The translations under genes and the position numbers were made by a program. Under the pieces are notes generated by a model. That model was given only the letters and a program-made list of their open reading frames with translations. It was not told where the DNA came from and searched no databases. Positions 37,659 to 49,436 of a stretch of DNA of 64,000 nt are shown one piece after another. Position 1 is the stretch's first letter, and the number at the start of each line of letters is the position of its first letter. Source of the DNA: Macrostomum lignano (Eukaryota); the NCBI GenBank assembly GCA_002269645.1, contig NIVC01000001.1, positions 2,356,001-2,420,000 on the forward strand, in the 5' to 3' direction.

Positions 37659-38129
37659 CTAGTCATACGGATAAGCGGACACAAACGATGCAGAACCGCA
37701 GCGCTCCCTCTTGTCGCCTTCGCAATGCAGATGGCAGCGCTCTTCGTTGGTGTAGCCGGCACTCTTCACCTTGTAGCCGCAAAAGCAGAGCTTCTGCTTT
37801 AGTAGCACCTGTCTAGAAATGATGCTGCTTTTTAAGCATAACTTCCGGCAATTTTCCGACGTTAGGTTAGTCACGGGGAATATTTTTGCGCCATTGGCGT
37901 ATTGGTTTGTTGATTCGATTGTGTAACAGCCTGGCAGGTCGGCTCCGCCTTGACAAAGAGCAGAATGAACTAGTGCGAAAGTAACACATTTGAATTTTAA
38001 ATATTAAAGTAGACATACTATTCAGTACTTGTACTTACTAGTTTTGCAACCTTGAGCTAAGGTCGCTAGAAAAGCCCACGAAAGCAACCAGCAAGCGATG
38101 GCGATATATGCCTGCTGAAGGGTCCTCAT
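37659..38129 (-). CDS. Small secreted single-WSC-domain protein, complement(join(37659..37948,38039..38129)), 126 aa
   Basis: Exon 1 encodes the signal peptide MRTLQQAYIAIACWLLSWAFLATLAQG and ends at a GTAAGT donor (phase 1). Exon 2 has WSC cysteine spacing GCY...LTSENCRKLC...CFCG...CHLHCEGDKRERCGS. Confidence 0.88.
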
Positions 38130-38699
38130 TTTCGTAGTTGACGAGATTAGATATGCATGTTTACTTAACTTATTTTACAAGGAAGTTACTTTATCCATAA
38201 TATTATTTATGAAGCAAAAGTTCGATATTTTGCCCCATAGACCATCATTAAGTAACGAAACTATTGTTAGTCTTTATTTCTTAATAATTATTGAAATCGT
38301 TTTTTTCTCGTTAAAAATGGTCTGTTTTCTTAATTTTAGGCATAACTCAGTCATTAAATTAAAAACTTTGTTATACCAAACAAGAAGTAAGAATTTGCAT
38401 ATGTTGTTTTCTTAGAAACTCTGGTTGTAGTCGTGGCAGGCGCTGGATCTAGCTGGCTTAGTTTGTGGCTTTTTGTGCTGCTGAGGCCGAGGAAGCATTT
38501 CACGAGCTATTAGCTAAAATCTTTATAAGCTTAAGATTTAGCTTGAAGCTTCATAAATAAGCTTGCGATTTCACATGCCCAAGATTTCAGATTACATTGA
38601 GAGTTTTTTTCACAAACACGAAACTGACAACTGGTGGTGGTACTTTATCAGTTCGTTTGTGAATGATGTCATGCCCATGGCCATGAATGACTATGTATT

Positions 38700-40480
38700 T
38701 CTATATCCGAAAGACACCCACAAAGGCCTTATAATAAAAAAATAATAGCCTAAATAAATTTAAAATAGGCCTAACCTAATATTGAAAAAGAACAGTAATT
38801 TTTATCCCTTTTTTAGTTATTTTGTGTAAGATAACTTATAGTTATATAATGTAAACCTTTGTAAATAATTCAATATTTAAAACAGGAACTATCAACTTTA
38901 ATATGCCTTTTCTTTATCTTATGCTAAAGTTAAAAAATAGAATTATATTCCAAAAAGTATATCTTGTCATTCTAATCATTCTAATTGCAGTGTCTATATA
39001 CTAAATGCCTTTATAATAGTTTATATAGATATATGTTCATATATTTGCTCTATTTAAATAATATAAATAATCTATATAAATGCAATAATAACAAAAATAC
39101 AAAATTGGCAATGACAATAAAACTAAAACTAAAGTATTAAAATTAAAATGAAATTATTTTTTGTCTTTTTTTAAAGTTTTTTAGGCATAGCTAGAAACAG
39201 AAGATAGAATATAACTTAAAAGTTGCTAAAGTTAATATTTTGTCTTGCTAATTTTATTCAAAGCTTGTATAAAAGTTCTAGATTAAAGTTATCAAATATG
39301 CCAATTGCTAGTAATATATCAAAATATTAAATAATAAATAGCTAGTGTTATAACTTGTTATAATTTGTTAAATTTAATTGATCATAAATTTTGAAGCAAT
39401 TATTATCTTGCTCCTACCTTTTGACTACTTGACTACCCATATCACTTATAATAAAAAATAAAAAATAAGTTATTGCTGCTATTCATCATAACTATTACTT
39501 AAAGATTGTTTAGATATTATCCATTATAATTAGGCTCTCTATGTAATTCAATGGTATTATACATCCATATATGGCTATTAGCTACAGATTTACTTTCAGA
39601 TTCTATATTATCTAAATATGTCACTCTAGAATTCACTATAATATATATATTGGTCATCTCTGACCCTGAAAAACTCCCAAAGTTATGGCCACAGACACAA
39701 GCTACAAGTACCCTGTCAACCACAGAAAAGTGAACCAATTTTTCACAAAAGATCTGGTATCCTTAGTTTAAGAGGTTGCAGCACAGCTCAACCACTGTCC
39801 TCTCACTCATTGAAAAACTTTTGCAATTAATGCTGTCACCAAAATGAGTGTGCTGCAAGGTAGTGCTATGTACTAGACTGTGCACAAGGTAGCTAGTAAA
39901 TGCCTCAGGTAATAAAAGCTTTAGTCCATACTCGACCTTCTTGCTGAGAATGCTACTGCTTCAGTAGCACTCGACCCTTTGTACAGAACCAAGGTCTCAT
40001 CAACACTGGCCTTTCACTCCAGAGCATACATATTCACACAGATGGCTTGGACAAGCCCAAGCAAAGCTCGAATTCTGCAGCCGAGGCAGTCATTCTCGTC
40101 AAACTCGCTGAAATCATAGCACCGCAGAGAACAGCAGGATCTCTTGGAAACGATTTATTGATAAGCTCTGTGGCAGGTGAAAGTCAGTTGACCAGTAAAG
40201 CCGGAGCTCCGCTTTTACCTAAGAACAGAACGGCACCAATTAACTTGCCACTTCATTTTTAGTACAGGCCTTCCTTATTAGCCAGTTGAGATGGCAGTTC
40301 CTCTTCACGTGAGATTATTTCATTCCGTAATAAACTGGCTCAAAAAATGTTCCACATATTCATCCGGGTTGTCCGGACTTTCAAACCTCGGATTCACGCC
40401 TGGAGTTCCAAGGAATTGTGGCGGCACTGGCAATCACTTCTTCCCATTCCCCGGGTCTTCCGATGACGAGCTGACATCAG
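38700..40480 (-). mobile_element. Degenerate piggyBac (PGBD4-like) transposase relic; confident core 39690-40430
   Basis: Frameshifted minus-strand translation gives the expected motifs in order: PPQFLGTPG..DNPDEYVEHFL, NRFQEIL, IRALL...SVDETLVLYKG(R) (first catalytic Asp), SKKVEYGLKL, VVELCCNLLN*GYQIFC, weakly NYNKL. Multiple stops; no clear TTAA/TIR ends found. Confidence 0.75.
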
Positions 40481-40890
40481 AGTCACTGTTCAATCCAAGG
40501 CGCCGACATGGCGACATGCTTCGATGCCAGCACGATCGACGATTCCTGTTCTGTGGTCGGCGCCGCTCAGCCATGCAAGAGCAGAGTATAAAATTAAGTG
40601 AAGAAAACCGAGGGACAGTTTAGCTTCACAACAGAGGCCCTGATTGTCTATTTTTTGCTCTCCACCATAGAGTCAAGAACGCAGATTTTATCTGTCTTTG
40701 ACTGACTTTGTCTATAGGCTGAGTGAATCTGGGGTTAGAATTGTCTATGGCCGCTCTGCAGCCAAGTGGGTTTTTTTTTCATCGTGCTTTGTATTTCAGG
40801 CGGAGCTGAAGTGGTTTTAACTAAGACTAATAAACTTTCAGCAAATCTGCCTGTAATAAACAATATATTCCAGCAAAAACGGACCGGACT

Positions 40891-43800
40891 ATGGAAGAAT
40901 CACTGGAAGCAATCAACTTACAAATTCGAAAGTACAGTAAAAAGCTGCGACAGATCGAACGACTGGTCTGTTCACCACGGGCCTTGAATGAAGAGGAGCA
41001 GTCCAAGGTAACTCAATATAGATGCAAGTATTGGCCACTTGAAGTTTCTGAAATCAAATTGAACTATATAATTTTGCTATTACTCTACATTTAATCCTGT
41101 AGGTCTCTAAGAAGACTGCCCTGCAAGCGAGTCTGCTGCACTACATGCAACTCTTGAAACGGTACGTACCTTTCAGATCCTTCTCGGGTTTGGTCAGCAC
41201 TATTTTCTAGATTCTAAAAATGCTGGGGCACCGCCACTCTCCCAGATCCTGAGTTGCTAGGCCGCTGTTATTTCTTACATTCTCTGCTTCTGGGTCACCT
41301 CCCACAGCCAGATATTCTTAGGTATTGGGCTTAGGTATTTCGCTTTGCTGCCTTGCAGCCATCAGCCCAGCAGCAGCAGCAGCAGCAGCAGTCCGCAATC
41401 CGGCAATGAACAGCCGTTAAGCGAGGCTTCAGCTTTGCCCGCTGCCGTCACCGCGACAGCAGAGCGTTCGGAAGCAATAAGCGACTCGCAACAACCGCCG
41501 GCGAAACGAGTCGCTGTTGGTTGCTCAAATTTGCCTGAAGAATCATTGAGCAGCCAATCAGATCAGCTGTCTATCGAGTCTCTGCAAGGTTCTGCCGCCC
41601 AATCAATCGAGTCTGTAGAGGAACTACAGCAACCAGCCAGCCAATCAGCGCCATCGGTAGAAAAGCCACAGCAATCAGCCAGCCAATCAGCGCCGCCGTT
41701 GGAAAAGCAGCAGAAATCAACCAGCCAATCAGCGCCGTCGGTTCAAAAGCCACAAAAATCGACCAGCCAATCAGCGCAGTCGGCGCCTAAGCCCCGTTCT
41801 CTAGCCAGCTATTCAGTGTCCGAGCTGTCCAACGGTCATTCGGACATCATATTCTCGACTGACAGTAGCAAAAACCTGGCTGTCACCGCTGGACGGGACA
41901 CAAGCGTACAGGTGTACGAAATTGAAATTTCCGAAAGTGGACTAAGCTGCCAAGGTAGCAGCCGCCTGACCGGCCACGCCCAGGCGGTCAATGTAGCCCG
42001 TCTAGTGGACTGCTCGGACTGTCCGGCTCTGTCCGAGGCGCTCGGTGCGGCTTCAACAATTCTGTGCGTCACCGGCTCGGAAGATGCTACGGTTCGAATC
42101 TGGGAGTGCGAGTCGGGTGAGAGGCTGATTTGGCTGTGAAATCTTACTAGCTGTTTCAAGTCCAAATCAAAAAATATTGTTTGTTTAACTATCCCACACA
42201 CACAGATACTAGGATAACTAGGTGGGCCACTCAGGCATATATACTTAGCAAAACAGCTTTCTACTTTCAGTTCAATAGCAATGAAGAATACATAAGCTAT
42301 TTTATAAGAATAGAGGCAGCTGAGATGACTTTGATAAGTTTAAAAGCCAAGCTTGCAGACGTAAACAGCTTTGCTAATTGGTTCAGCCATAATGTACATT
42401 AGCCACTGCAATGTACATGGTAGATTTAAGCTGGAACAGCCAAGGAAGACAATAAAAATTGGATGGCGGGGCAATTGGTAGAGATTCTATGTGGAGTTTT
42501 AGGGTTTAAGCTTGAGGGTAAGAACCAATAAATAAGCCTTATCTTTAAAAATACATTAAATGCTTCAGTTTAACTTACTACTGAACTGAAAGTAGCTTAC
42601 ACGCAAATGTGTTGAGTGGCCTATCTAGTTATTCTATGAACTATCCTATTTAAATATTAATAATAACATTTTAAAAACAGTTCTTTCAAATAGGGAAATA
42701 ATTTTTTTCTAAATATTCTGGTTATACTACTCGACTTTCTGGTTAGTAGCCTGTTGCGCAGATTATAAGCAATCTTTTTGTTGAAAAAGAAATTTGATTT
42801 TTTAGCTTGAAGAAGCGCAATTAGAAAGTACTTTGTATAATAAAAACACAAATTGTACTTTTTATAGTTACTATTCGAATCATCTACTCTGCCTGTCACC
42901 CCAGGTCGTCAACTATTCGAGCACTACGTATTCGCTTCGGTCACAGCCTTGCAGGCGTTGAAGTCCAGTGGCACCCTGCTGCTGCTGACTGGCAGCTCCA
43001 GCGGCAAACTCGAACTGTGGGATCCGGCCGGACTGTGGGACCGGGGGCCGTGCCTGATGGCCGACCAGCTGTTCAACGGCAGGGTCACCGATCTGCAGGT
43101 CTACGATGGAGAGAGAGGCTGGGCGTCGCTGGTTAGTTTCCAACTTGGAATTGCAATGCAAAATTTAAACTTTATTGTCCGACACTCTCTAACTGAGATC
43201 CCACACTCTCTAACTGAGATCCCACACTCTCTAACTGAGATCCCACACTCTCTAACTGAGATCCCACACACTCTAACTGAGATCCCACACTCTCTAACTG
43301 AGATCCCACACTCTCTAACTGAGATCCTAGATTCTCTAACTGAGATCCCGGACTCTCTAATTGAGATCCCACACTCTCTAACTGAGATCCCACACTCTCT
43401 AACTGAGATCCTACACTCTCTAACTGAGATCCCACACTCTCTAACTGAGATCCCAAACTCTCTAACTGAGATCCCACACTCTCTAACTGAGATCCTACAC
43501 TCTCTAACTGAGATCCCACACTCTCTAACTGAGATCCCACACACTCTAACTGAGATCCCACACTCTCTAACTGAGATCCCACACTCTCTAACTGAGATCC
43601 CACACTCTCTAACTGAGATCCCACACTCTCTAACTGAGATCCCACACTCTCTAACTGAGATCCCACACTCTCTAACTGAGATCCCACACTCTCTAACTGA
43701 GATCCCAAACTCTCTAACTGAGATCCCAAACTCTCTAACTGAGATCCCAGACTCTAATTGAGATCCCAGACTCTCTAACTGAGATCCTAGATTCTCTAAC

Positions 43801-46235
43801 TGAGATCCCGGACTCTCTAATTGAGATCCCAGACTCTCTAACTGAGATCCCGGACTCTCTAACTGAGATCCCGGACTCTCTAATTGAGATCCCAGACTCT
43901 CTAACTGAGATCCCAGACTCTCTAACTGAGATCCTAGATTCTCTAACTGAGATCCTAGATTCTCTAACTGAGATCCCAGACTCTCTAACTGAGATCCCAG
44001 ACTCTCAAACCGAAGTCCCAGTCTCCCAGGCAACTCAGGTAATTCAGAGCTACAGATATTAATTTATTTAATGATTAATTAAATAACAAAAAATCAGTCA
44101 AATTGACTCATAACGCAGCTTTAGATTGCCATATTAATATTGTATAGAATTCTTATCTACATTCTGGTTCGTTTCCTAGAAATGATGCTCTCATAATCGT
44201 CTGAGATAAAAGTTCTTCAAGTGCAAGTTAAGAGCAGCGCAGAGTGCCGCAGCCGCACCCAGTTTTAGGGTGCAGGAGTTCTCCTGAATGATCTGCATTT
44301 TATGAGTACAGCGAGCCAACCCCACCGCCTCGCACTGGCCCCACTCTGTCCACCGAAAACAGATACGTTGATACAATGCCATCGCAAAAACAACGCAAAT
44401 TTGTAACAAAACAAGCTGGCAAGGAATGCATTTGGTTGGAATTTAACTAGTTTTAATAGTAACAAAAATAGAAAAGAGGCTTTTAAATGTGTTTACGTAC
44501 TTTTGCCCCGTGCCCCACAGAGTTTTGTTAACAAAAATAATATGACTCGCTGTTCTTTATTGCGCTCGTGTGCTTTTCAAGCTTTAGTAAGATTTAATGG
44601 TTACTCTGAAAGCAAGGTGAGAGATTAAACATACTTTCCTAATTACAGAGCTAAACTATTGTTCATGACACGATGTTCTTTAGTTTGCCATTGAAATTTT
44701 CACAATGTAATAGTTAGTGTTTCAGGCGTTTGACAGATCTATGATAAGTGAGAGTGACTCGGATAGAGGCAGAATGAAGGCAAGAGAGTTACGGGAGAGG
44801 ATTAGAAATGACTGGGAAGAAAGGGGAGTGACAGGAGAGAGGGTGGAGTGACAGGAGAGAAAGCGGAGTGACAGGAAAGAGGAGAGAGTGACAGGAAAGC
44901 GGAGGGAGTGACAGGAGAGAGGGCGGAGTGACAGGAGAGAGGAGGGAGTGACAGGAAAGCGGAGGGAGTGACAGGAGAGAGGAGGGAGTGACAGAAGAGA
45001 GAAGGGAGTGACAGGAAAGAGGAGGGAGTGACAGAAGAGAGGAGGGAGTGACAGGAGAGAGGAGGGAGTGACAGGAGAGAGGAGGGAGTGAAAGCAGAGA
45101 GGGCAGAGTGACAGGAGAGATTGTGGAGTGACAGGAGAGAGGAGGGAGAGGCAGGAGAGCGAAGGGAGTGACAAGAGAGAGGAGAGAGTGACAGGAAAGA
45201 GGAGGGAGAGGCAGGAGAGCGAAGGGAGTGACAAGAGAGAGGAGAGAGTGACAAGAGAGAGGAGAGAGTGACAGGAGAGAGGAGGGAGTGACAGAAGAGA
45301 GGTGGGCGTGACAGGAGGGAGTGACAGGAAATAGGTCGGAGTCACAAAAGATAGGAGAGAGTGACAGGAAAGAGGAGGGAGAGGCAGGAGAGCGAAGGGA
45401 GTGACAAGAGAGAGGAGAGAGTGACAGGAAAGAGGAGGGAGAGGCAGGAGAGCGAAGGGAGTGACAAGAGAGAGGAGAGAGTGACAAGAGAGAGGAGAGA
45501 GTGACAGGAGAGAGGAGGGAGTGACAGAAGAGAGGTGGGCGTGACAGGAGGGAGTGACAGGAAATAGGTCGGAGTCACAAAAGATAGGAGAGAGTGACAG
45601 GAAAGAGTAGGGAGTGAAAGGAAAGAGGAGGGAGTGACAGGAAAGAGGAGGGAGTGACAGGAGAGGAGAGTGACGAGAATGAGAAAGGAGTGCGGACAGA
45701 AGCACCAGGCCAGCAGCTAGAAACCCTCTTTCTCCGCCGCCCTCCCCGCAGGCGGGCAGCCGGGGGCAGCTGCTGGCCGCCTGCTCTTCCGCCGGCGAGT
45801 TGGCGCTGGGGCGTCTCAACGATCCGGCGGAGGCCTCCGCGGGCAGGTGCTGCCTTGTCCGGCCGCTGCTGTGCTTCCTGCCCGCGGTGGCGGCGGCGTC
45901 TCCAGCGTCGGGTCCGCGTCTTCGCCTGCGTCAGCCATCGGCGCTGCGGCTGCTACCATCGGCGTCTTCGGGTTCGACGATTGCGGTTCTGGGCGTGGCA
46001 GATCGGCACTGTTCGGGAGTGAAATGCGTCAGCTTGCGGACTGATGAGGCTTCTGGCAGTGGTGAGCTCGGGTGCGGCTTGCTGTGTCTGTCTGTCCGTC
46101 TGCCTGCCTGTCTGTCCATCTTACTGTCTGTCTGTCCGTCTTACTGCCTGTCTGTCCGTCTTACTGCCTGTATGTCTTCCTGTCTGCCGGTTTGTCAAAA
46201 TCAAGTTTGTCTGTCTGTCTGTCTGTCTGTCTGGC

Positions 46236-46280
<45 letters not shown>

Positions 46281-46287
46281 GGCTGGC

Positions 46288-46363
<76 letters not shown>

Positions 46364-46364
46364 A

Positions 46365-46408
<44 letters not shown>

Positions 46409-47768
46409 CAAATTTGTCCGTTTGCCAAATTTCGCAACGTAAACATCGCCGTATTCAGCAGGATCACCGGTGACTGCCGTAAGCCGACTGTCTGGCGCAG
46501 CGGCTGGTTCCACCGCCACCTCCATCTGCGACTGTCTGCTGCTTCTGCCGAATTCCCTGTTGGCCGTTGCCGCTTTTGACTACCTGGCTGGAGCCTCGTT
46601 TCTGCAGGGTGAGCCGCTGCGCTTTGAATGAGAAGATTAAGGTACAAGTTGTTGCTAAGTGGCAGTCAGAATACATCAGAGATAGGCGCTGGTTGACATG
46701 TAAATTGGTTAGTCTAATAAAGATCAACAAGCCAGCATGGTACGTTAAAAAACAAAGCATTTAAAGTTTTGCTGATCCCTAATAATAATAATAATTGATT
46801 ACACCTGCCTTAATGGGCAGATGTGCAACCAACAAAACAGCTGGCGCTGTGTGTGGCGGAGGGTCGCCACACACACCCTCAATTACAGTATCCCAGCTAA
46901 TGCTGTGGCACTCATTTTACAGCTGAGTGAACTGAAGCAATGCAGAGTTTAAAGTGCCTTGCTCAAGGACACAACTTGTTCCGGGTGGGTCGAGAATCGA
47001 ACCCCCGACCTTTCAGTCGTAGCTCCAACGCTCTGACCACTAGACTACAACCCCTGATCTCTATGTGCTGCTTTGTTTAATTTCTTCAAATCAGCTTGTT
47101 TTAGCCTGCAATGCTAATTTTAGTTCAGCCAGCAGATGGGAAACCGTAGATTAATGATTACCTGGAAACAGGGCTGATAGCAGGCTGTGCGTGTTTGACC
47201 GGCGTTGCGCGGTAAACAGCTCCCTGTTGTTGCATTTTTACTCTCTGCTCAAAAACACGACTGACTGCTTGTTACGCCGCTGTAATTATTGTTATTTTTG
47301 GGGGGAGGAAACGTGGCGAGAAGTGCGCGATTTTTCGCCCGAATGGGGCACGACGCAGTCACAGATCTGAGAAGCTGGATTTGGGGAGGAGCTGGGCTGT
47401 AAATCAAATTGAAGTACTGCGCGTCATCAGCCTTTTTAAAGCTTGGATAATGACCTAATCTACTGAGAAATGATTCAATTCCTGCACTGAATCTAAAGTC
47501 GAATTCCCCACCCAAACGGGTCGACTATCAAACCCTTGAATCCACAGTGTTCGACGCCGAATCCCTTGCCAGCCTGGGGAAGACCGATTCCAACCACAGC
47601 GGCTTGTCTATCGGCAGAATCCTTTGTCTAGCGGCCATCAACTCCGGCAATAGCGGCCCCGGAGACTCGGCGTTCACACTGATTTCTGGAGGCGATCGAG
47701 CACTGCTTTGGACTTTCTCTTATGCCGCCTGCCACAAGTCATCCGGCAGACTGGCACTTATTGCGTGA
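40891..47768 (+). CDS. WD40-repeat protein with an N-terminal coiled helix and Ser/Gln/Pro linker, join(40891..41007,41103..41161,41359..42116,42905..43131,45752..46061,46459..46608,47548..47768), 613 aa
   Basis: Seven GT-AG exons with consistent phases (total 1842 nt). WD motifs GHSDII...VTAGRDTSVQVYE, LTGHAQAVN...VTGSEDATVRIWE, LLTGSSSGKLELWD, LISGGDRALLWTF. N-terminal IRKYSKKLRQIERL...LNEEEQSKVSKK. Confidence 0.8.
43182..44006. repeat. 21-bp minisatellite ACTCTCTAACTGAGATCCCAC in WD40-gene intron 4
   Basis: Direct periodicity. Confidence 0.97.
44820..45670. repeat. Purine-rich minisatellite of about 20 bp (GAGTGACAGGAGAGAGGAGG) in WD40-gene intron 4
   Basis: Direct periodicity. Confidence 0.93.
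46085..46407. repeat. (TGTC)n microsatellite in WD40-gene intron 5
   Basis: Direct observation. Confidence 0.96.
46781..47053 (-). mobile_element. Full-length tRNA-derived CORE-SINE with (ATT)n tail
   Basis: A and B boxes, CORE domain, 3' stem-loops and (ATT)5 tail. Flanked by CTGATCCCT (46772-46780) and CTGATCTCT (47054-47062), a target-site duplication with one mismatch. Confidence 0.9.
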
Positions 47769-47819
47769 GAAAAAATTTCTGTTTGATTTTTTGCTAAACG
47801 ACGTCTTTTCACTATAAAT

Positions 47820-48645
47820 TTTCACCCACCCCCACTCACCCTTCCTCAGTTAAATTCTACACCCACCCCACTCCCCCAGCATCAGTTAAGTTCTACACCC
47901 ACCCCACTTCGCCAGCCTCAGTTAAATTTTGCACCCACCCCACTCCCCCAGCATCAGTTAAATTCTACACCCACCCCACTTCCCCAGCAATTCTATATGT
48001 ACACTCACCCACCCCGCCAGCATCAGTTAAATTCTACACTCACCCTACTCTGTCAGCCTTAGTTGAATTCTACACCCACCTCACTTCGGCAGCCTCAGTT
48101 AAATTCTACACCCACCCCACTCCATCAGTCTCAGTTAAATTCTACACCCCACTGCACTAGCATTAGTTAAATTCTACACCCACCCCACTTCGGCAGCCCT
48201 AGTTAAATTCTACACCCACCCCACTCCGCCATCCTAGTTGAATTCTACACCCACCCCACTTCGGCAGCCTCAGTTAAATTCTACACCCACCCCACTCCAT
48301 CAGTCTCAGTTAAATTCTACACCCCACTGCACTAGCATTAGTTAAATTCTACACCCACCCCACTTCGGCAGCCCTAGTTAAATTCTACACCCACCCCACT
48401 CCGCCATCCTAGTTGAATTCTACACCCACCCCACTTCGGCAGCCTCAGTTAAATTCTACACCCACCCCACTCCATCAGTCTCTGTTAAATTCTACACCCC
48501 CACTGCACTAGCATTAGTTAAATTCTACACCCACCCCACTTCGGCAGCCCTAGTTAAATTCTACACCCACCTCACTCCGCCAGCCTAGTTGAATTCTACA
48601 CCCACCCCACTCTGCCAGCCTTAGTTGAATTCTACACCCACCCCA
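47820..48645. repeat. Minisatellite of about 35 bp (core AGTTAAATTCTACACCCACCCCACT) with a 175-bp higher-order unit
   Basis: The variant AGTTGAATTC recurs at 48061, 48236, 48411 and 48587. Confidence 0.92.
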
Positions 48646-48653
48646 TTTGGCCA

Positions 48654-48950
48654 CATACATGCGCAACCTCCAAATTTCGGTCGGCCATGCGACTTAGTTT
48701 TAACAAAAATGCGACGTAGTTTTTGGCCAAAAATGCGACTTACATGTAAAAAAACCCAAAAGCAAAATTAACGCAACTTTGGGTAAACGGCAGGAGTAAC
48801 TATGACTGTCTTATAAAGCCAAAATGCCTCGTCAGCTACTTAGTACTACTACTCGGTGTTTTTTCGGGTTGGCATTTTTGCGACTTCCTTGGTTGGCCGC
48901 CAAATCGGTCGGCCGGATCGGCCGACTCGGCCGACTGTTGCGCATGTATG
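48654..48950. mobile_element. Non-autonomous hAT element (MITE), 297 bp, perfect 14-bp TIRs CATACATGCGCAAC, perfect 8-bp TSD TTTGGCCA
   Basis: TIRs at 48654-48667 and 48937-48950; TSD at 48646-48653 and 48951-48958. Subterminal TCGGCC/ATGCGAC repeats. The host minisatellite resumes after the insertion. Confidence 0.92.
48781..48843 (+). pseudogene. Degenerate 63-bp 28S rRNA fragment (helix 69-71; R2/I-PpoI target region) inside the MITE
   Basis: GGGTAAACGGCAGGAGTAACTATGACTGTCTTATAAAGCCAAAATGCCTCGTCAGCTACTTAG versus the recalled 28S GGGTAAACGGCGGGAGTAACTATGACTCTCTTAAGGTAGCCAAATGCCTCGTCATCTAATTAG: 52/63 identical ungapped, by hand. Confidence 0.88.
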
Positions 48951-49358
48951 TTTGGCCATTCTCAGTTAAATTTCACTCTATCGACTTTTAAAGTTTATTA
49001 TCCAACAAATTACCTTATTTAATCGTAAAAACAGTAAAAAAAAATTTAATAGCAACCTTTCTGCTAAAAAGCATCAGGACTACTCTCAGTATCTGCCCGA
49101 ACCGAACAATATCCTTGAGTTTTTCTGCTAACTTGTTTCCCTTCGAGTGGACAAAAAAATGACACGCGCGCTGTGTTTATGCATTTTCGATAGCAGATTA
49201 GCAGCTGAGTTCTTTAGCTAAGGTCGGCCGGGTGTCACATGACTGCCAGTTGTTTAGCCATCGTTTTCTTGTCCTGCTTGTTCTAATTTGAGACGTGGAA
49301 AGTAGCTAGTTAATTGACGAGGCCTCTCCTTACAGTTATTGCCGTTGCATCTATTCAA

Positions 49359-49406
<48 letters not shown>

Positions 49407-49436
49407 AATGTGTGTTTCTGTCTGTCTGTCTCTCAG

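Noticed and set aside
48781-48843. Functional rRNA gene
   Set aside because: Only 63 bp, mutated at invariant positions, and enclosed in a MITE.
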